64,000 bases of DNA from Alphaproteobacteria bacterium. GTDB lineage: Bacteria; Pseudomonadota; Alphaproteobacteria; UBA2966. The notes beneath the pieces are model-generated. The model did not search any database and had not been told where the DNA came from. It saw only the letters and a program-made list of their open reading frames with translations. The stretch spans positions 128,001-192,000 of the forward strand of contig OZ219858.1 of assembly GCA_964291395.2 (NCBI GenBank). Direction: 5' to 3'. A program made the position numbers and the translations under genes. Below are positions 36,301 through 46,691 of the stretch, one piece after another (position 1 is the first letter of the stretch; the number at the start of each line of letters is the position of its first letter).

Positions 36301-37112
36301 GCGACGCGCGCGAGTTCCTGAACGTAGGGCCGCAGCGCTTCGGCGCCGAGGGCACAATTGAATCCGACTGAAATCGGCCTCGCATGAGCGACGGAATTCC
36401 AGAATGCTTCCGCCGTCTGCCCGGAGAGCGTGCGCCCGGAGGCATCCGTGATGGTGCCGGAGATCATCACCGGCCGCTGGATTCCCCGGGCATCAAGGTA
36501 CTTCCGCACCGCATAGATGGCCGCCTTGGCGTTCAACGTGTCGAATATCGTCTCGATCAAGACGATGTCGGCACCGCCGTCGATCAGGCCATGGACCGCC
36601 TCGGTATAGGCGACCACCAACTCGTCGAATGAAATGTTTCGGAAGCCCGGATCGTTTACCTCCGGCGAGATCGACGCCGTCCGATTGGTCGGGCCGAGAA
36701 CACCGGCGACGAACCGGGGTTTGCCGGGGGTCGTTGCCGCGACTTCGTCCACGACGCCACGCGCGAGACTCGCGCCTTCGCGATTGATCTCGTACACGAG
36801 GTCCTGCAGCCCATAGTCCGCTTGCGAGATCGACGTCGCGTTGAAGGTGTTCGTCTCGATGATGTCCGCCCCGACATCCAGGAAAGCTCGGTGGATTTCC
36901 CGTATCACGTCCGGTTGCGTAAGGTTCAGAAGGTCGTTGTCGCCGGCGAGGTCCCGGGAATGGTCGGCAAACCGTTTGGCGCGGAAGTCGGCCTCCCCGA
37001 GACCGTACTCCTGGATCATCGTCCCCATGGCTCCGTCCAACAGGAGAACTCTCTCGTCGAGGAGGCGCTGGAGAGTCTCCGAAGGGTCGGAGCGCGGGAC
37101 GATGTCGTGCAT
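33387..37112 (-). CDS. metH: Cobalamin-dependent methionine synthase
   Basis: [29 protein letters not shown]12 motif, [12 protein letters not shown]; start at MHDIVP. Confidence 0.98.
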   Translation of the reverse strand: MHDIVPRSDPSETLQRLLDERVLLLDGAMGTMIQEYGLGEADFRAKRFADHSRDLAGDNDLLNLTQPDVIREIHRAFLDVGADIIETNTFNATSISQADYGLQDLVYEINREGASLARGVVDEVAATTPGKPRFVAGVLGPTNRTASISPEVNDPGFRNISFDELVVAYTEAVHGLIDGGADIVLIETIFDTLNAKAAIYAVRKYLDARGIQRPVMISGTITDASGRTLSGQTAEAFWNSVAHARPISVGFNCALGAEALRPYVQELARVAGICVSVHPNAGLPNEFGGYDDTPGYMAGRLAEFAESGFVNIVGGCCGTTPRHIGAIAEAVANLPPRVRPDVEPRCRLSGLEPLTIGPLTGFVNIGERTNVAGSAKFAKLIREGDYAAGIEIARQQVENGAQVIDVNMDEAMLDSEVAVETFLRLVATEPDISRVPVMIDSSKWSVIETGLKNVQGKGVVNSVSLKEGEQAFIEQAEEILRYGAAVVVMAFDETGQADSCERMVEILTRSYKILAEDVGFPPWDIILDPNIFPIATGMEEHDNFSVDFVEATRTIKKTLPHALVSGGVSNMSFSFRGNNAVREAMHSVFLYHALEAGMDMGIVNAGQLAVYADIPEFLRERVEDVVLNRRPDAMERLLEVADNVQSQRKSQGPDLSWREGSVEERLSHALVAGISDFVVEDTEEARLSVDRPLDVIEGALMDGMNIVGDLFGSGQMFLPQVVKSARVMKQAVAHLTPFLEAEKGSGGEVSAKGKIVTATVKGDVHDIGKNIVGVVLQCNNFEVIDLGVMVPYIKILETAKAEGANMIGLSGLITPSLGEMETVAAEMKRAGFTVPLLIGGATTSKVHTAVKIAPNYDHPVVHVVDASRAVGVAGALVSDTRRDQFVARIEQEYDRIRDGYHGRDQGGRQHTLQGAREARSPIDWTSTEPAKPSFLGLKAFDSYDLGDLVNRIDWTPFFRTWELAGTFPKILDDPKVGQAARDLHDDAQTMLERIVAERWLTARGVIGLFPANSVGDDIEVYADESRDEVRTRFHFLRQQMIKNTARANFSLADFVAPKETGVADYLGGFAVTAGTGIETKLAEFDAAHDDYNSILLKALADRLAEAFAEHMHERVRKEFWGYAADEDLDNEALIREEYQGIRPAPGYPACPDHSEKPLLFDLLGAPDNAGIILTEGFAMLPAAAVSGFYFAHPRSRYFGVGKIGRDQVEDYAARKGVSLQQAERWLAPNLGYEPQGGSSPT

Positions 37113-37126
37113 GGTCTGTGCCGCGC

Positions 37127-38056
37127 CTAGTCGGCGTCCGCGGGCCCGCGCAGCCCCAGCGTGTGGCACATGGCGAAGGTCAGATCGGCTCGGTTGAGCG
37201 TGTAGAAGTGGAAGTTCGAAACGCCTTCGGCTGCCAGAATGCGGCACTGTTCCCCCGCAACCATGGCGGCGACAAGCTTGCGTGTCTCTGAATCCTCGTC
37301 CAGGGATTCGAACAGGCGCGAAAGCCATCCAGGGATGCCGGCTCCGCACATGCCGGCGAAGCGGACCACCTGAGCGAAATTTGTCACGGGAAGGATCCCC
37401 GGGATCAAGGGCGCGTTGATCCCCGCTCGTCGAACGCGATCCCGAAAGCGTAGAAACACCTCGGTGTCGAAGAAGAACTGGGTGATCGCGCGTTTGGCGC
37501 CCGCATCGATCTTGCGCTTGAGGTTGTCGAGGTCGAAATTCGCGCTTGGCGCTTCCGGGTGGGTTTCGGGATACGCGGCGACCGAAATGTCGAAGTCGGC
37601 AATTCGGTTGAGACCTTCGACCAGGTCGGCCGCATACCGATATCCGCCGGGATGGGGCGCGTAGGCCGTGCCGGCCTCCGGTGGATCTCCCCGGAGGGCC
37701 ACGATGTGTCGCACACCCGCCTCCCAGTAAGCGCGGGCGACATCGTCGACTTCGTCCCGTGTCGCGGCGACGCAGGTCAGATGTGCCGCGGGCGTCAAGG
37801 TCGTCTCTTCAAGAATGCGGCGGACCGTGGCATGTGTGCGATCGCGCGTGCTGCCGCCCGCACCATAGGTGACGGAGACGAAGTTCGGTCCGATCGGGGC
37901 CAGTCTGAGGATCGACTTCCATAGCGTCTGTTCCATTCCCTCCGTCTTCGGCGGGAAGAACTCGAACGAAACTCCGAGACCCTCCATCCCCGAGAACCTC
38001 AGCGCGAGCATGCTCAGCCGCTCGACCGTGGGCTGGATTTCGGCTTCGACGGTCAT
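37127..38056 (-). CDS. metF: 5,10-methylenetetrahydrofolate reductase
   Basis: [43 protein letters not shown]; start at MTVEAE overlaps the sahR stop. Confidence 0.97.
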   Translation of the reverse strand: MTVEAEIQPTVERLSMLALRFSGMEGLGVSFEFFPPKTEGMEQTLWKSILRLAPIGPNFVSVTYGAGGSTRDRTHATVRRILEETTLTPAAHLTCVAATRDEVDDVARAYWEAGVRHIVALRGDPPEAGTAYAPHPGGYRYAADLVEGLNRIADFDISVAAYPETHPEAPSANFDLDNLKRKIDAGAKRAITQFFFDTEVFLRFRDRVRRAGINAPLIPGILPVTNFAQVVRFAGMCGAGIPGWLSRLFESLDEDSETRKLVAAMVAGEQCRILAAEGVSNFHFYTLNRADLTFAMCHTLGLRGPADAD

Positions 38057-39006
38057 TCCGCGGCCCGCCGTTCCTCGATACTCGTTTTCGCTGCCGTCCA
38101 AATGACGACGGTGAGCGGATCGCCTTCCAGCCGGACGGGGTTGTCGGGAACGAGATGCGCCGCTTCGAACCACTCCACGACTTCCGCGTCGGAAAAGCCC
38201 AGGCGTCGATGCGCGTGCTCTTCGCGGAGGAATTCCAGCCCGTGCGGCGCAAAATCGACGACGGCCAAACCGGCGCCAGGACGCAGAACACGGGCCGACT
38301 CGGTTATGGCCGCGGCGGGGTCGGAGGCGAAGTGAAGCACTTGGTGAAACGTCACCGCGTCCACGCTGCCGCCTGACAAGGGCAGGTGATACATGTCGCC
38401 ATGCCTGACTCGGCAATGGCTATGCCCCGCGCGCTCCAGGTTGGTGCGCGCGACCGCCAGCATGTCATGGGAAAGGTCGATACCGATGCCGCGACGGAAT
38501 CGGTCGGCGAACAGTTCCAGCATCCGCCCGGTTCCGGTGCCGATGTCCAGAAAATCACCGATTTGCCGGTCGGCGAAGGCCGAGCGAAGAGCTGTCTCGA
38601 CATCGGACTCCGACACGTAGAGGGAGCGAATTTCGTCCCATCGAGCTGCGTTCGCCCGGAAGTAGACTGCCGCCGCGTCGGCCCGCGATTTCTTGATCGC
38701 TTCGAGCCGTTCGAGATCCCGGGCAAGCTCCACGTCCCGCTTGGGTATGAGCGCCGTGAGCGTCCGCGCCAGCCCGCCCGGCTCTCCGGCATCGGCCAGC
38801 CTGTAAAATGCCCAGGTTCCTTCCCGGAATCGGTCCAGCAACCCGGCTTCGCACAACACTTTGAGATGCCGGGATACGCGGGGCTGACTCTGCCCTAGAA
38901 TTTGAGTGAGCTCGGTCACCGTGAGTTCGGCTTCCGCGCAAAGCGCAAGAAGGCGCAACCGGGTCGGTTCGGCGGTTGCACGCAGCGCGTTCAGAAGTGT
39001 GTTCAT
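38053..39006 (-). CDS. sahR: ArsR-family regulator with SAM-binding methyltransferase domain (SahR)
   Basis: ArsR HTH (SQPRVSRHLKVL..REG) fused to LDIGTGTG methyltransferase fold; heads the metF-metH operon. Confidence 0.88.
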   Translation of the reverse strand: MNTLLNALRATAEPTRLRLLALCAEAELTVTELTQILGQSQPRVSRHLKVLCEAGLLDRFREGTWAFYRLADAGEPGGLARTLTALIPKRDVELARDLERLEAIKKSRADAAAVYFRANAARWDEIRSLYVSESDVETALRSAFADRQIGDFLDIGTGTGRMLELFADRFRRGIGIDLSHDMLAVARTNLERAGHSHCRVRHGDMYHLPLSGGSVDAVTFHQVLHFASDPAAAITESARVLRPGAGLAVVDFAPHGLEFLREEHAHRRLGFSDAEVVEWFEAAHLVPDNPVRLEGDPLTVVIWTAAKTSIEERRAAE

Positions 39007-39049
39007 GGGCTGGTGTTGAGGATGAGATGTGGCGTGACCGATGTTTAAG

Positions 39050-39087
39050 TCGACAATTATATAAGCATATCTTTATATAATTGTCGA
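39050..39087. promoter_or_regulatory. SahR operator palindrome
   Basis: TCGACAATTATATAA-GCATATCT-TTATATAATTGTCGA with perfect 15-bp arms; core ATATAAGCATATCTTTATAT (39059-39078) resembles the described SahR box; 44 nt upstream of sahR. Confidence 0.85.
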
Positions 39088-39435
39088 TGCCAGAAGATGC
39101 CGCGTCGCCGCAAGAACCCCTCCCCAATCTCTGATCGCAACCGTCTCCGGAGTCTTGGACCGGCATCGCTCGCGGGGTAGGCGATGCATTTTCGCCACAG
39201 CCTCCGGGAGGGTCACGACGTGCTGCCGGCCTCGCTGGCGTTGAAACCGAAGGTATGATACTGACGTGATCGTGATGCCAAGAACGGTCGCGCGCCCTGC
39301 GGGTCCGCCGTCGTCTTGCCACCGGCCGGCACTTCTCTCTCGATGCGATTCAACGGGGTCTTCAGAATGGCGCAATGCGTTCCCTCGGGCGGCCAAACTT
39401 CAGGGTCAAACTGCAAAGCCTTGTAATGCGGGTTC

Positions 39436-40248
39436 ATGACCTTGACCGGCAGATTCGTGATTCGGGCCTTGAGCGCCGCGTTTGCCGCAAGTGTCGTCTT
39501 GGCTGCCTGCGCGACCCCACCGGCCGATGATCCCGAGGCACGGGCCGAACTTGCGGCGATCAACGATCCCTGGGAACCGTTCAACCGGGCCGTGTTCGAA
39601 TTCAATCGTGCCCTCGATCAAGTGCTGCTCGAACCTGTAGCGCAGGCCTATCGTGGTGTCGTTCCCGACTTCGGCCGGGAGATGGTGAAGAACTTCCTGA
39701 ACAACCTGAGGTCGCCGGTCATATTGGCGAACGACGTGTTGCAGGGGGAAAAGGACCGCGCTGGCGACACCGGCAGTCGTTTGATGGCAAACACCATCTT
39801 CGGGCTGGGCGGCCTGTTCGACGTCACCGAAATAGAGTTCCACAACGAGGATTTCGGTCAGACCCTGGCCGTATGGGGCGTGGATGAGGGGCCTTATCTC
39901 GTGTTGCCGTTGCTGGGGCCGTCACCGATCCGGGACACCGTTGGCCTCGTCGGTGACACGCTCATGGATCCCGTGTTCTGGTACGCAAATAACACGAAAC
40001 ATTACGCCATTCCTTGGGTTCGCTTCGGCATGAGGGCCAATGACACCCGCTCCCGCAACATCGAGACCCTCGACGAGATCGAGCGCGGCGCCATCGACTT
40101 CTATGCCACGGTGCGTAGCCTCTACAGGCAACGTCGCAACGACGAGATTCTCAACGGAAAGCCTCCCCAATCCATGCCCATGGCGGAAATTTCGTGGGAC
40201 GAGGACGAAGAGGCGGAGACCAATCAAGCCTCGGCTGTCGTCAAGTAG
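39436..40248 (+). CDS. mlaA: Lipid asymmetry lipoprotein MlaA (VacJ)
   Basis: LAAC lipobox, DPWEPFNR, GLGGLFDV, EDFGQTL, GPYLVLPLLGPS. Confidence 0.95.
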   Translation: MTLTGRFVIRALSAAFAASVVLAACATPPADDPEARAELAAINDPWEPFNRAVFEFNRALDQVLLEPVAQAYRGVVPDFGREMVKNFLNNLRSPVILANDVLQGEKDRAGDTGSRLMANTIFGLGGLFDVTEIEFHNEDFGQTLAVWGVDEGPYLVLPLLGPSPIRDTVGLVGDTLMDPVFWYANNTKHYAIPWVRFGMRANDTRSRNIETLDEIERGAIDFYATVRSLYRQRRNDEILNGKPPQSMPMAEISWDEDEEAETNQASAVVK

Positions 40249-40262
40249 CCTTTCTCCGAATC

Positions 40263-40874
40263 ATGTCTGCGCGTCGTCTCGGCTCACTCGCATCGACCCT
40301 TGTGCTGTTCATGCTGCTGTGCCTGCCGCCGGCATCCGCCGAGACGCTTGGCCCCAGGCAGTTCATCGAGTCCCTGGGCGAGGAAACGATCGGGGCGATC
40401 ACCAGGGAAAACATCTCCGAGGAGGCCCGATTCAGGGAGTTCGAGCGGCTCTTTCGAATGGCCTTCGACGTCGACGCCATCAGCCGCTTTGTGCTCGGCC
40501 GTTATTGGCGGCGAGCGACCGAGGAGCAGCAAAGGGAATACCAGTCGCTGTTCGCGGATTTCATCGTCCACACCTATGCCAGCCGGTTCCGGCAATATTC
40601 CGGCGAAACACTGGCCGTGAACGGCGAGCGCAAGGCCGGCGGACGCGATACGATCGTGTCGAGCCAGTTGAACATGCCGGACGGGCCATCGGTCCGCGTC
40701 GACTGGCGCGTGCGGACGAAGCGCGACGACCACAAGGTTGTCGACGTGATCGTTGAAGGCGTGAGCATGGCGATCACGCAGCGGCACGAATTTGCTTCGG
40801 TGATCCGGCGCGGTGGCGGAGGCATTGAGACCTTGATTGCCGAACTCCGGAAAAAATCCATACCCACCGACTAG
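40263..40874 (+). CDS. mlaC: Periplasmic phospholipid-binding protein MlaC (Ttg2D)
   Basis: Signal peptide, RFVLGRYWR, VDWRV, KVVDVIVEGVSM; follows mlaA. Confidence 0.92.
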   Translation: MSARRLGSLASTLVLFMLLCLPPASAETLGPRQFIESLGEETIGAITRENISEEARFREFERLFRMAFDVDAISRFVLGRYWRRATEEQQREYQSLFADFIVHTYASRFRQYSGETLAVNGERKAGGRDTIVSSQLNMPDGPSVRVDWRVRTKRDDHKVVDVIVEGVSMAITQRHEFASVIRRGGGGIETLIAELRKKSIPTD

Positions 40875-40997
40875 AGTTTGTTCACACTAACGCACCGCAT
40901 TTGTAGACGGGTGCGAAGCGGACGAAGCTTGGTTGGGCTTCCGTGATCTCCATCCGCGATGGGGTGGCACGTCGCATCATTAGTGTGAACAGCCTCT
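40873..40997. mobile_element. MITE-like element with 18-bp imperfect terminal inverted repeats
   Basis: AGAGTTTGTTCACACTAA (40873-40890) versus TTAGTGTGAACAGCCTCT (40980-40997), 16/18 complementary; left end at CTAG containing the mlaC stop; no transposase. Confidence 0.6.
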
Positions 40998-41055
40998 GGT
41001 TCGGTGTGAACAGCCTCTGGTTCGGCTAGTCTCGGCTAGTCTCGGCTAGTCTCGG
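40983..41055. repeat. Tandem duplications: 21-bp unit x2 then 10-bp unit x3
   Basis: GTGTGAACAGCCTCTGGTTCG at 40983-41003 and 41004-41024; TCGGCTAGTC at 41022, 41032 and 41042. Confidence 0.9.
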
Positions 41056-41103
41056 TTGCCGCCCGCGCATGCGCTCGCCGGCGGGGTCGAACCCCGTTTC
41101 GCT

Positions 41104-41853
41104 CTAATCGGTCGAGGCGAACCGGAGTCGAGCGGCACCGAACACCGGGCCGCCATGCTCCTTCTGGACGATGACCACGCAGCCATCCCGGCCGGCTTCG
41201 CGCATCGGCGTCAGGTCGACGGGAATCTCCGTGGCGTCCCCCCGCCAATGTCCGACTTTGCGAATGGTCCGAACGACGTTGTGGTAGGTGAGCCGCCGCC
41301 CTGAATTCTCGCCGCGCCGGACATCCACCGTATGTTTGGCGTCGAACTCGATCAGCCAAACATCCGCAGCCGGCATTCCGGACCGGCCGTCGATCTTGAT
41401 CGTTGCGCGATCCCGCCCCGATGCGACGAGACCGACGGACAGCGAATTCTGGGTCGCGAGACGCGCCGCGGCGATGGTCTTTTCGACCTCGTCGCTTTGC
41501 GACCCCACGACGTCGACGATTCCGTCGATGACCATCTCCGGCGTGTAGACGTACCTCGCATTGAGGAATCTGCCGTGCCGCCGCTGACGCGCCGTCGCCT
41601 GCGGAAGGGCGAAGGTGTCCTTCCAACCGATGTAATCCCAATAGTCGACATGAAACGACAGCGCGATGATGTCGTCGCGCTGGGCCAACTTCCCCAAATA
41701 TCTGTCGGCGGGCGGACAGGAACTGCACCCCTGCGAGGTGAACAGCTCGACGACGGTGGGGGACTTGCCGCCTGCCGCCGCCGTTCCCAAGGCCGCGATT
41801 GATCCCAATGCCAGAGCCGCGGCGACAAGACCCGTTTGTCGAATACCGTGCAT
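41104..41853 (-). CDS. DUF1223 secreted thioredoxin-like protein
   Basis: VVELFTSQGCSSCPPAD, FHVDYWDYIGWKD, YTPEMV, RGENSGR; signal peptide. Confidence 0.92.
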   Translation of the reverse strand: MHGIRQTGLVAAALALGSIAALGTAAAGGKSPTVVELFTSQGCSSCPPADRYLGKLAQRDDIIALSFHVDYWDYIGWKDTFALPQATARQRRHGRFLNARYVYTPEMVIDGIVDVVGSQSDEVEKTIAAARLATQNSLSVGLVASGRDRATIKIDGRSGMPAADVWLIEFDAKHTVDVRRGENSGRRLTYHNVVRTIRKVGHWRGDATEIPVDLTPMREAGRDGCVVIVQKEHGGPVFGAARLRFASTD

Positions 41854-41950
41854 GGTCCAGCCCATATACGCCGCGTCGGGGACGAAGGCCAATCACTCTT
41901 CGGTGAGGAACCGCATCCCTTCGGAGAGGCGCTCCCCCGCGCCTGCTTCG

Positions 41951-44647
41951 CTACGCGGCGGCGGGCTCCATGAGATTCCTGAGCACGTACTGCAGGATCC
42001 CGCCGTGCCGGTAGTACTCGACCTCGTCGAAGGTATCGACCCGGCAGGTCAGAGCGGTCTCTATGCTCGAGCCGTCGCTCCGCGTGATACGGCAGGTCAC
42101 GTCCATTCGCGGCGTTATCCCGTCGACGACACCCTCGATGTCAAAGGTCTCGCTGCCGTCGAGCTTCAGCGATTTTCGATTCGCGCCTTCCTTGAACTGC
42201 AACGGCAGAACGCCCATTCCGACGAGGTTTGAACGGTGAATGCGCTCAAAGCTCTCGGCGATGACCGCCTTGATTCCAAGCAGACGCGTCCCTTTCGCGG
42301 CCCAGTCGCGGGACGAACCGGTCCCGTACTCCTTGCCCGCGACAACGACGAGCGGAACCCCTTCGTCCTGGTACTCCATGGCGGCGTCATAAATCGACAC
42401 TTCCTCACCGCCCGGCATGTGCCGGGTGACCCCGCCCTCGGTACCGGGGGCGATCTCGTTGCGCAGACGAATGTTGGCGAAGGTCCCGCGCATCATGACT
42501 TCGTGATTGCCCCGCCGGGCGCCGTAGGAGTTGAACTCCCTCGGCGACACCTGGTGTCCGACCAGGTACGTTCCGGCCGGACCGTCCTGCTTGATGGATC
42601 CGGCCGGCGAGATGTGGTCGGTGGTGATGCTGTCACCGAGCAAGGCCAGCACCCGCGCGCCCCGGATGTCCGAGAAGTCTCCCGGTTCGCGCGACATGTC
42701 CTGGAAGAACGGCGGATGCTGGACGTAGGTGGATCCGATGTCCCACTGGTACGTCAGCCCCGCCGCGGCCTCGACCTGCTGCCAGGCGTCCGTTCCCGAG
42801 AAAGCGTCCCGATAACGCTGACGGAACATCTCGGGCGTAACGCAGGAACGGACGGTCTCGGTGATTTCCCGGTTCGAGGGCCAGATATCCCCGAGGTAGA
42901 CCGGTTCTCCATCGGTTCCCTCGCCGAGCGGTTCCGTCGTGATGTCGACGCCGACGTTGCCGGCGATGGCGTAGGCCACGACCAGGATGGGCGAGGCCAG
43001 GTAGTTCACCTTGGTTTGCGGATTCACGCGGCCTTCGAAGTTGCGATTCCCGGAGAGAACCGCGCCGACCACCAGATCACCCTCGGCGATCGCTTCGGAA
43101 ATCGAATCGTCGAGAGGTCCGGAGTTGCCGATGCACGTCGTGCAACCGTATCCCACCAGATTGAATCCGAGGGCGTCCAAGTCGTCCTGAAGGCCGGCCT
43201 TCTCGAGATAATCGGTCACCACCTGCGATCCCGGCGCGAGCGAGGTCTTGACCCACGGCCTGACCTTGAGACCCTTGGCCACGGCGTTGCGCGCGAGCAG
43301 TCCGGCCCCGACCATGACGCTGGGATTGGAGGTATTCGTACAGCTCGTGACCGCCGCGATCACGACGTCGCCGTCGGTGAGATCGAAATCCGCCCCTTGG
43401 ACGGGCACGGAGGCCCTGTCCCTGGAGCCGCCGCGCGCCTCGGAGAGCGATCCTTCGAAGCCCTTCGCCACACCGCTCAGCGAGATCCGGTCCTGGGGAC
43501 GCTTGGGTCCCGCCATGCTCGCCTCGACGCTCCCGATGTCGATCTCAAGCGTATCGGAGAACTCCGGGTCCGGTGTACCCGCCTCGCGCCACATACCCTG
43601 GGCCTTGGCATAGGCCTCGACGAGTTCGATGCGTTGCGGATCGCGAGCGCTGAGTTCGAGGTAGGCGAGCGTTTCGCCGTCGATGGGAAAGAACCCGCAT
43701 GTCGCTCCGTACTCGGGAGCCATGTTGGAGATCGTTGCGCGGTCGGCAAGCGAAAGCTCGTCGAGGCCCGGTCCGTAGAACTCCACGAACTTTCCGACGA
43801 CGCCCTTTTGCCGCAGCATCTGAGTTACGGTCAGCACCAGATCCGTCGCCGTCGTACCCTCGCCGAGCGAACCGGTCAGTTTCAACCCGACGACCTCCGG
43901 CACCAGCATCGAAATCGGCTGACCGAGCATCGCGGCCTCGGCTTCGATTCCACCGACACCCCAGCCGAGCACCGCGAGACCGTTGACCATCGTGGTGTGC
44001 GAGTCCGTGCCCACGAGCGTATCGGGATAGGCGATCGTCCGGCCGTCGACATTCGCCGTCCAAACCACCCGCGCGAGGTATTCCAGATTGACCTGATGGC
44101 AGATGCCGGTTCCCGGGGGGACCACGCGAAAGTTGTCGAACGCGCCCTGACCCCAGCGGAGGAACGAGTAACGCTCCTTGTTGCGCTGCATTTCGATCTC
44201 GACGTTGGCGCGAAATGCATCGGCGGAACCGAACCGGTCCACCATTACCGAGTGATCCACGACGAGGTCGACCGGAGAGAGGGGATTGATCTTTGTCGGA
44301 TCACCTCCCAGGCTCGACATCGCGGCCCGCATCGCCGCGAGATCGACGACGGCGGGAACGCCCGTAAAGTCCTGCATCAGCACGCGGGCCGGCCGATAGG
44401 CGATTTCCCGGTCCGAGGACCGGGTTGTCAGCCAGCCGGCCATGCCCGCGACGTCGTCGACCGTCACGGTTCGCCCGTCCTCGTACCGCAGGAGATTTTC
44501 GAGCAACACCTTCAGCGAGAAGGGGAGCCGCGAAATGTCCCCGAGACCGGCATCCGCTACCGCTTCCAGGCTGAAATAGTCGTACGAGGCGCCGTCCACG
44601 TTCAACGTGCGGCGCACACCCAATGTGTCTCGGCCGATCGTGGTCAC
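41951..44647 (-). CDS. acnA: Aconitate hydratase A
   Basis: [51 protein letters not shown]. Confidence 0.99.
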   Translation of the reverse strand: MTTIGRDTLGVRRTLNVDGASYDYFSLEAVADAGLGDISRLPFSLKVLLENLLRYEDGRTVTVDDVAGMAGWLTTRSSDREIAYRPARVLMQDFTGVPAVVDLAAMRAAMSSLGGDPTKINPLSPVDLVVDHSVMVDRFGSADAFRANVEIEMQRNKERYSFLRWGQGAFDNFRVVPPGTGICHQVNLEYLARVVWTANVDGRTIAYPDTLVGTDSHTTMVNGLAVLGWGVGGIEAEAAMLGQPISMLVPEVVGLKLTGSLGEGTTATDLVLTVTQMLRQKGVVGKFVEFYGPGLDELSLADRATISNMAPEYGATCGFFPIDGETLAYLELSARDPQRIELVEAYAKAQGMWREAGTPDPEFSDTLEIDIGSVEASMAGPKRPQDRISLSGVAKGFEGSLSEARGGSRDRASVPVQGADFDLTDGDVVIAAVTSCTNTSNPSVMVGAGLLARNAVAKGLKVRPWVKTSLAPGSQVVTDYLEKAGLQDDLDALGFNLVGYGCTTCIGNSGPLDDSISEAIAEGDLVVGAVLSGNRNFEGRVNPQTKVNYLASPILVVAYAIAGNVGVDITTEPLGEGTDGEPVYLGDIWPSNREITETVRSCVTPEMFRQRYRDAFSGTDAWQQVEAAAGLTYQWDIGSTYVQHPPFFQDMSREPGDFSDIRGARVLALLGDSITTDHISPAGSIKQDGPAGTYLVGHQVSPREFNSYGARRGNHEVMMRGTFANIRLRNEIAPGTEGGVTRHMPGGEEVSIYDAAMEYQDEGVPLVVVAGKEYGTGSSRDWAAKGTRLLGIKAVIAESFERIHRSNLVGMGVLPLQFKEGANRKSLKLDGSETFDIEGVVDGITPRMDVTCRITRSDGSSIETALTCRVDTFDEVEYYRHGGILQYVLRNLMEPAAA

Positions 44648-45294
44648 CGTACGACCCTCCCCCGGTCAATGCCTGAGCCCCGCGTCGAGACGCCCCGTCG
44701 CGATTCCCGGCGCATGCGTTCCCGCACTATCAACCACAATCCCGGCATGAGAGCCAGCCCCCGCATCCATTTTCGGCACGCCTGTCGCGCCACCGGATGC
44801 AGGCCGTCGGGGGCAGGCCGTCGCGAGGAAGTTCCGCTCCCGGGGAACCGGTGACGTACGGCTCCAGCTAAATCCAACCAAACGATTTCGACGGCCGAAC
44901 TCGAACCTCCGAAGTCGCATATTGCGCGGTCCACCAATGTTGCTAGTGTTCTGACAACGAAAAGCGAGGACGCTTGGTTCCGGCCCGTCCGGGCCCTGCA
45001 AGACCTGTGGAGGACTCTCGATCCCGGATGACGTTCGTTCGGATGATCGGGACCCAAACGGAACACCGTCGCATTGCGCGACTGCCATGTCGCAAAGCTC
45101 GAGGGTGGTCGCGTCATGACGCCGGAAGCTGGCGATCGATGCCGGCAGGGCGGAGTGGCGCGTGTCCCGCCGGTGGTTGACGGATTGAATATCGACGCCT
45201 TGGGTAGCACCCGATAGGCTCCGGCCTCGCCGTTGCCCGCGCGCGTGCGGACTGCGGCCGAGCGCCACGACAACAACTCCGGACGCCAAGGACC

Positions 45295-45939
45295 TTGTCG
45301 CTCACCGGCCGAAATCTCACCTGCACGCGCGGGGATACCACCGTCTTCACCGGGCTCGATTTCGACATCGCGCCCGGTGATATCGTCGTCGTTAGAGGCG
45401 CGAACGGCAGCGGGAAATCCTCGCTCCTGCGGCTGGCCGCGGGATACCTCGCGCCGACCGCGGGCGAACTCCGGCGCGACGGAGCGCCGATCGCGGACGA
45501 TCCGGAACGACACCGGACGAGCCTGCACTACGTCGGCCATCTCGATGCGCTGAAGCCCGCGCTCTCCGTGGCCGAAAACCTGGCGTTCTGGAGCAGGGTG
45601 CTGGCCGCGAAAACCCCGGCCTCTTCACGCCTCGGTCACGATCCGACGCTCGACAGGATGGGACTCTCGGGGCTGGCAGACGTGCCGACGCGCTACCTGT
45701 CCGCCGGCCAGCGGCGGCGCCTGGCACTGGCGCGGCTCATCGTGTGTTCCAGACCCCTCTGGCTGCTCGATGAACCCACGGCCTCGCTCGACGATGCAGG
45801 TACGGAAACGCTGCTCGGGCTCATTTCCGATCACCGTTCTGACGGAGGGATGGTCTTGGCGGCCGTCCATGGTTCCATCGCCGTCGACGATGCGGTCACG
45901 ATCCGATTGGGAGAGTGCCGAATGGACGGAATGTCATGA
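45295..45939 (+). CDS. ccmA: Heme exporter ATP-binding protein CcmA
   Basis: GANGSGKS, YVGHLDALKP, LSAGQRRR, WLLDEP. Confidence 0.95.
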   Translation: MSLTGRNLTCTRGDTTVFTGLDFDIAPGDIVVVRGANGSGKSSLLRLAAGYLAPTAGELRRDGAPIADDPERHRTSLHYVGHLDALKPALSVAENLAFWSRVLAAKTPASSRLGHDPTLDRMGLSGLADVPTRYLSAGQRRRLALARLIVCSRPLWLLDEPTASLDDAGTETLLGLISDHRSDGGMVLAAVHGSIAVDDAVTIRLGECRMDGMS

Positions 45940-46601
45940 CCACGTTCCTCCAGATCGTCGCCCGCGATGTCCGCCTCGCGTTCAGACAAGGCGGCGCGAC
46001 GATGCTGGTCGTGGTTTTCTTCGTGCTTGCCGTCACCTTGTTTCCTCTCGGGGTCGGGCCCGAAACCGCTGTCCTTCGGCGCATTGCGCCCGGCGTGATC
46101 TGGGTCGCGGCGCTGCTCGCGGCCATGCTCTCCCTCGACCGTCTGTTCCAGGTCGACTTCGAGGACGGCAGCCTCGATCAATTGGCCCTGGCGCCTCTGC
46201 CGCTCGAACTCGTAGCGGCAGCGAAATGCCTCGCGCATTGGCTCTCCACGGGCCTGCCTCTTGTCGTCATCTCGCCGCTTCTCGGCGTCCTGCTCGAGCT
46301 GAACGGCGAGGCACATGGCGCATTGCTGCTGGCCATGGCCGCAGGCACGCCGACCCTCAGCCTGGTGGGCGGGATTGGAGCTGCCCTGACCGTGAGCATC
46401 CGAAGGGGCGGCGTGCTGTTGTCCCTGCTCGTCCTACCGCTCTACATCCCCGTCCTCATTTTCGGGACCGGCGCGATCGATGCGGCGGCCATGGGCCTGG
46501 GAGGCGGCGCTCATCTGCTGGTATTGGCGGCGCTGCTCGCTGCCGCGCTCCCGCTCGCGCCGTGGGCGATCGCCGGCGCGCTCCGCCTGAACCTGGAATG
46601 A
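45936..46601 (+). CDS. ccmB: Heme exporter permease CcmB
   Basis: LFPLGVGP, DFEDGSLD, LPLYIPVLIFG. Confidence 0.95.
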   Translation: MTTFLQIVARDVRLAFRQGGATMLVVVFFVLAVTLFPLGVGPETAVLRRIAPGVIWVAALLAAMLSLDRLFQVDFEDGSLDQLALAPLPLELVAAAKCLAHWLSTGLPLVVISPLLGVLLELNGEAHGALLLAMAAGTPTLSLVGGIGAALTVSIRRGGVLLSLLVLPLYIPVLIFGTGAIDAAAMGLGGGAHLLVLAALLAAALPLAPWAIAGALRLNLE

Positions 46602-46691
46602 TCGACCGCGACTTGAGGAACGTGGCTTTCCGCCACGTGCTCGTACGAGCCATGAAACGTTCGATCCGGCGGATGGTGCTATAACGCGGTC

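Noticed and set aside
39088-39435. SAM or cobalamin riboswitch upstream of the met operon
   Set aside because: No SAM-II, SAM/SAH or B12-box consensus recognised; the SahR palindrome explains regulation
40983-41055. Direct repeats as a mini CRISPR array
   Set aside because: Units are contiguous with no spacers, too short, and no cas genes are present
42236-44854. Long antisense ORFs (872 aa here; also 4607-6415, 12090-13916, 47951-50026, 59513-61522, 31603-33219)
   Set aside because: Shadow frames of GC-rich genes with clear motifs on the other strand or frame; no recognisable motifs of their own
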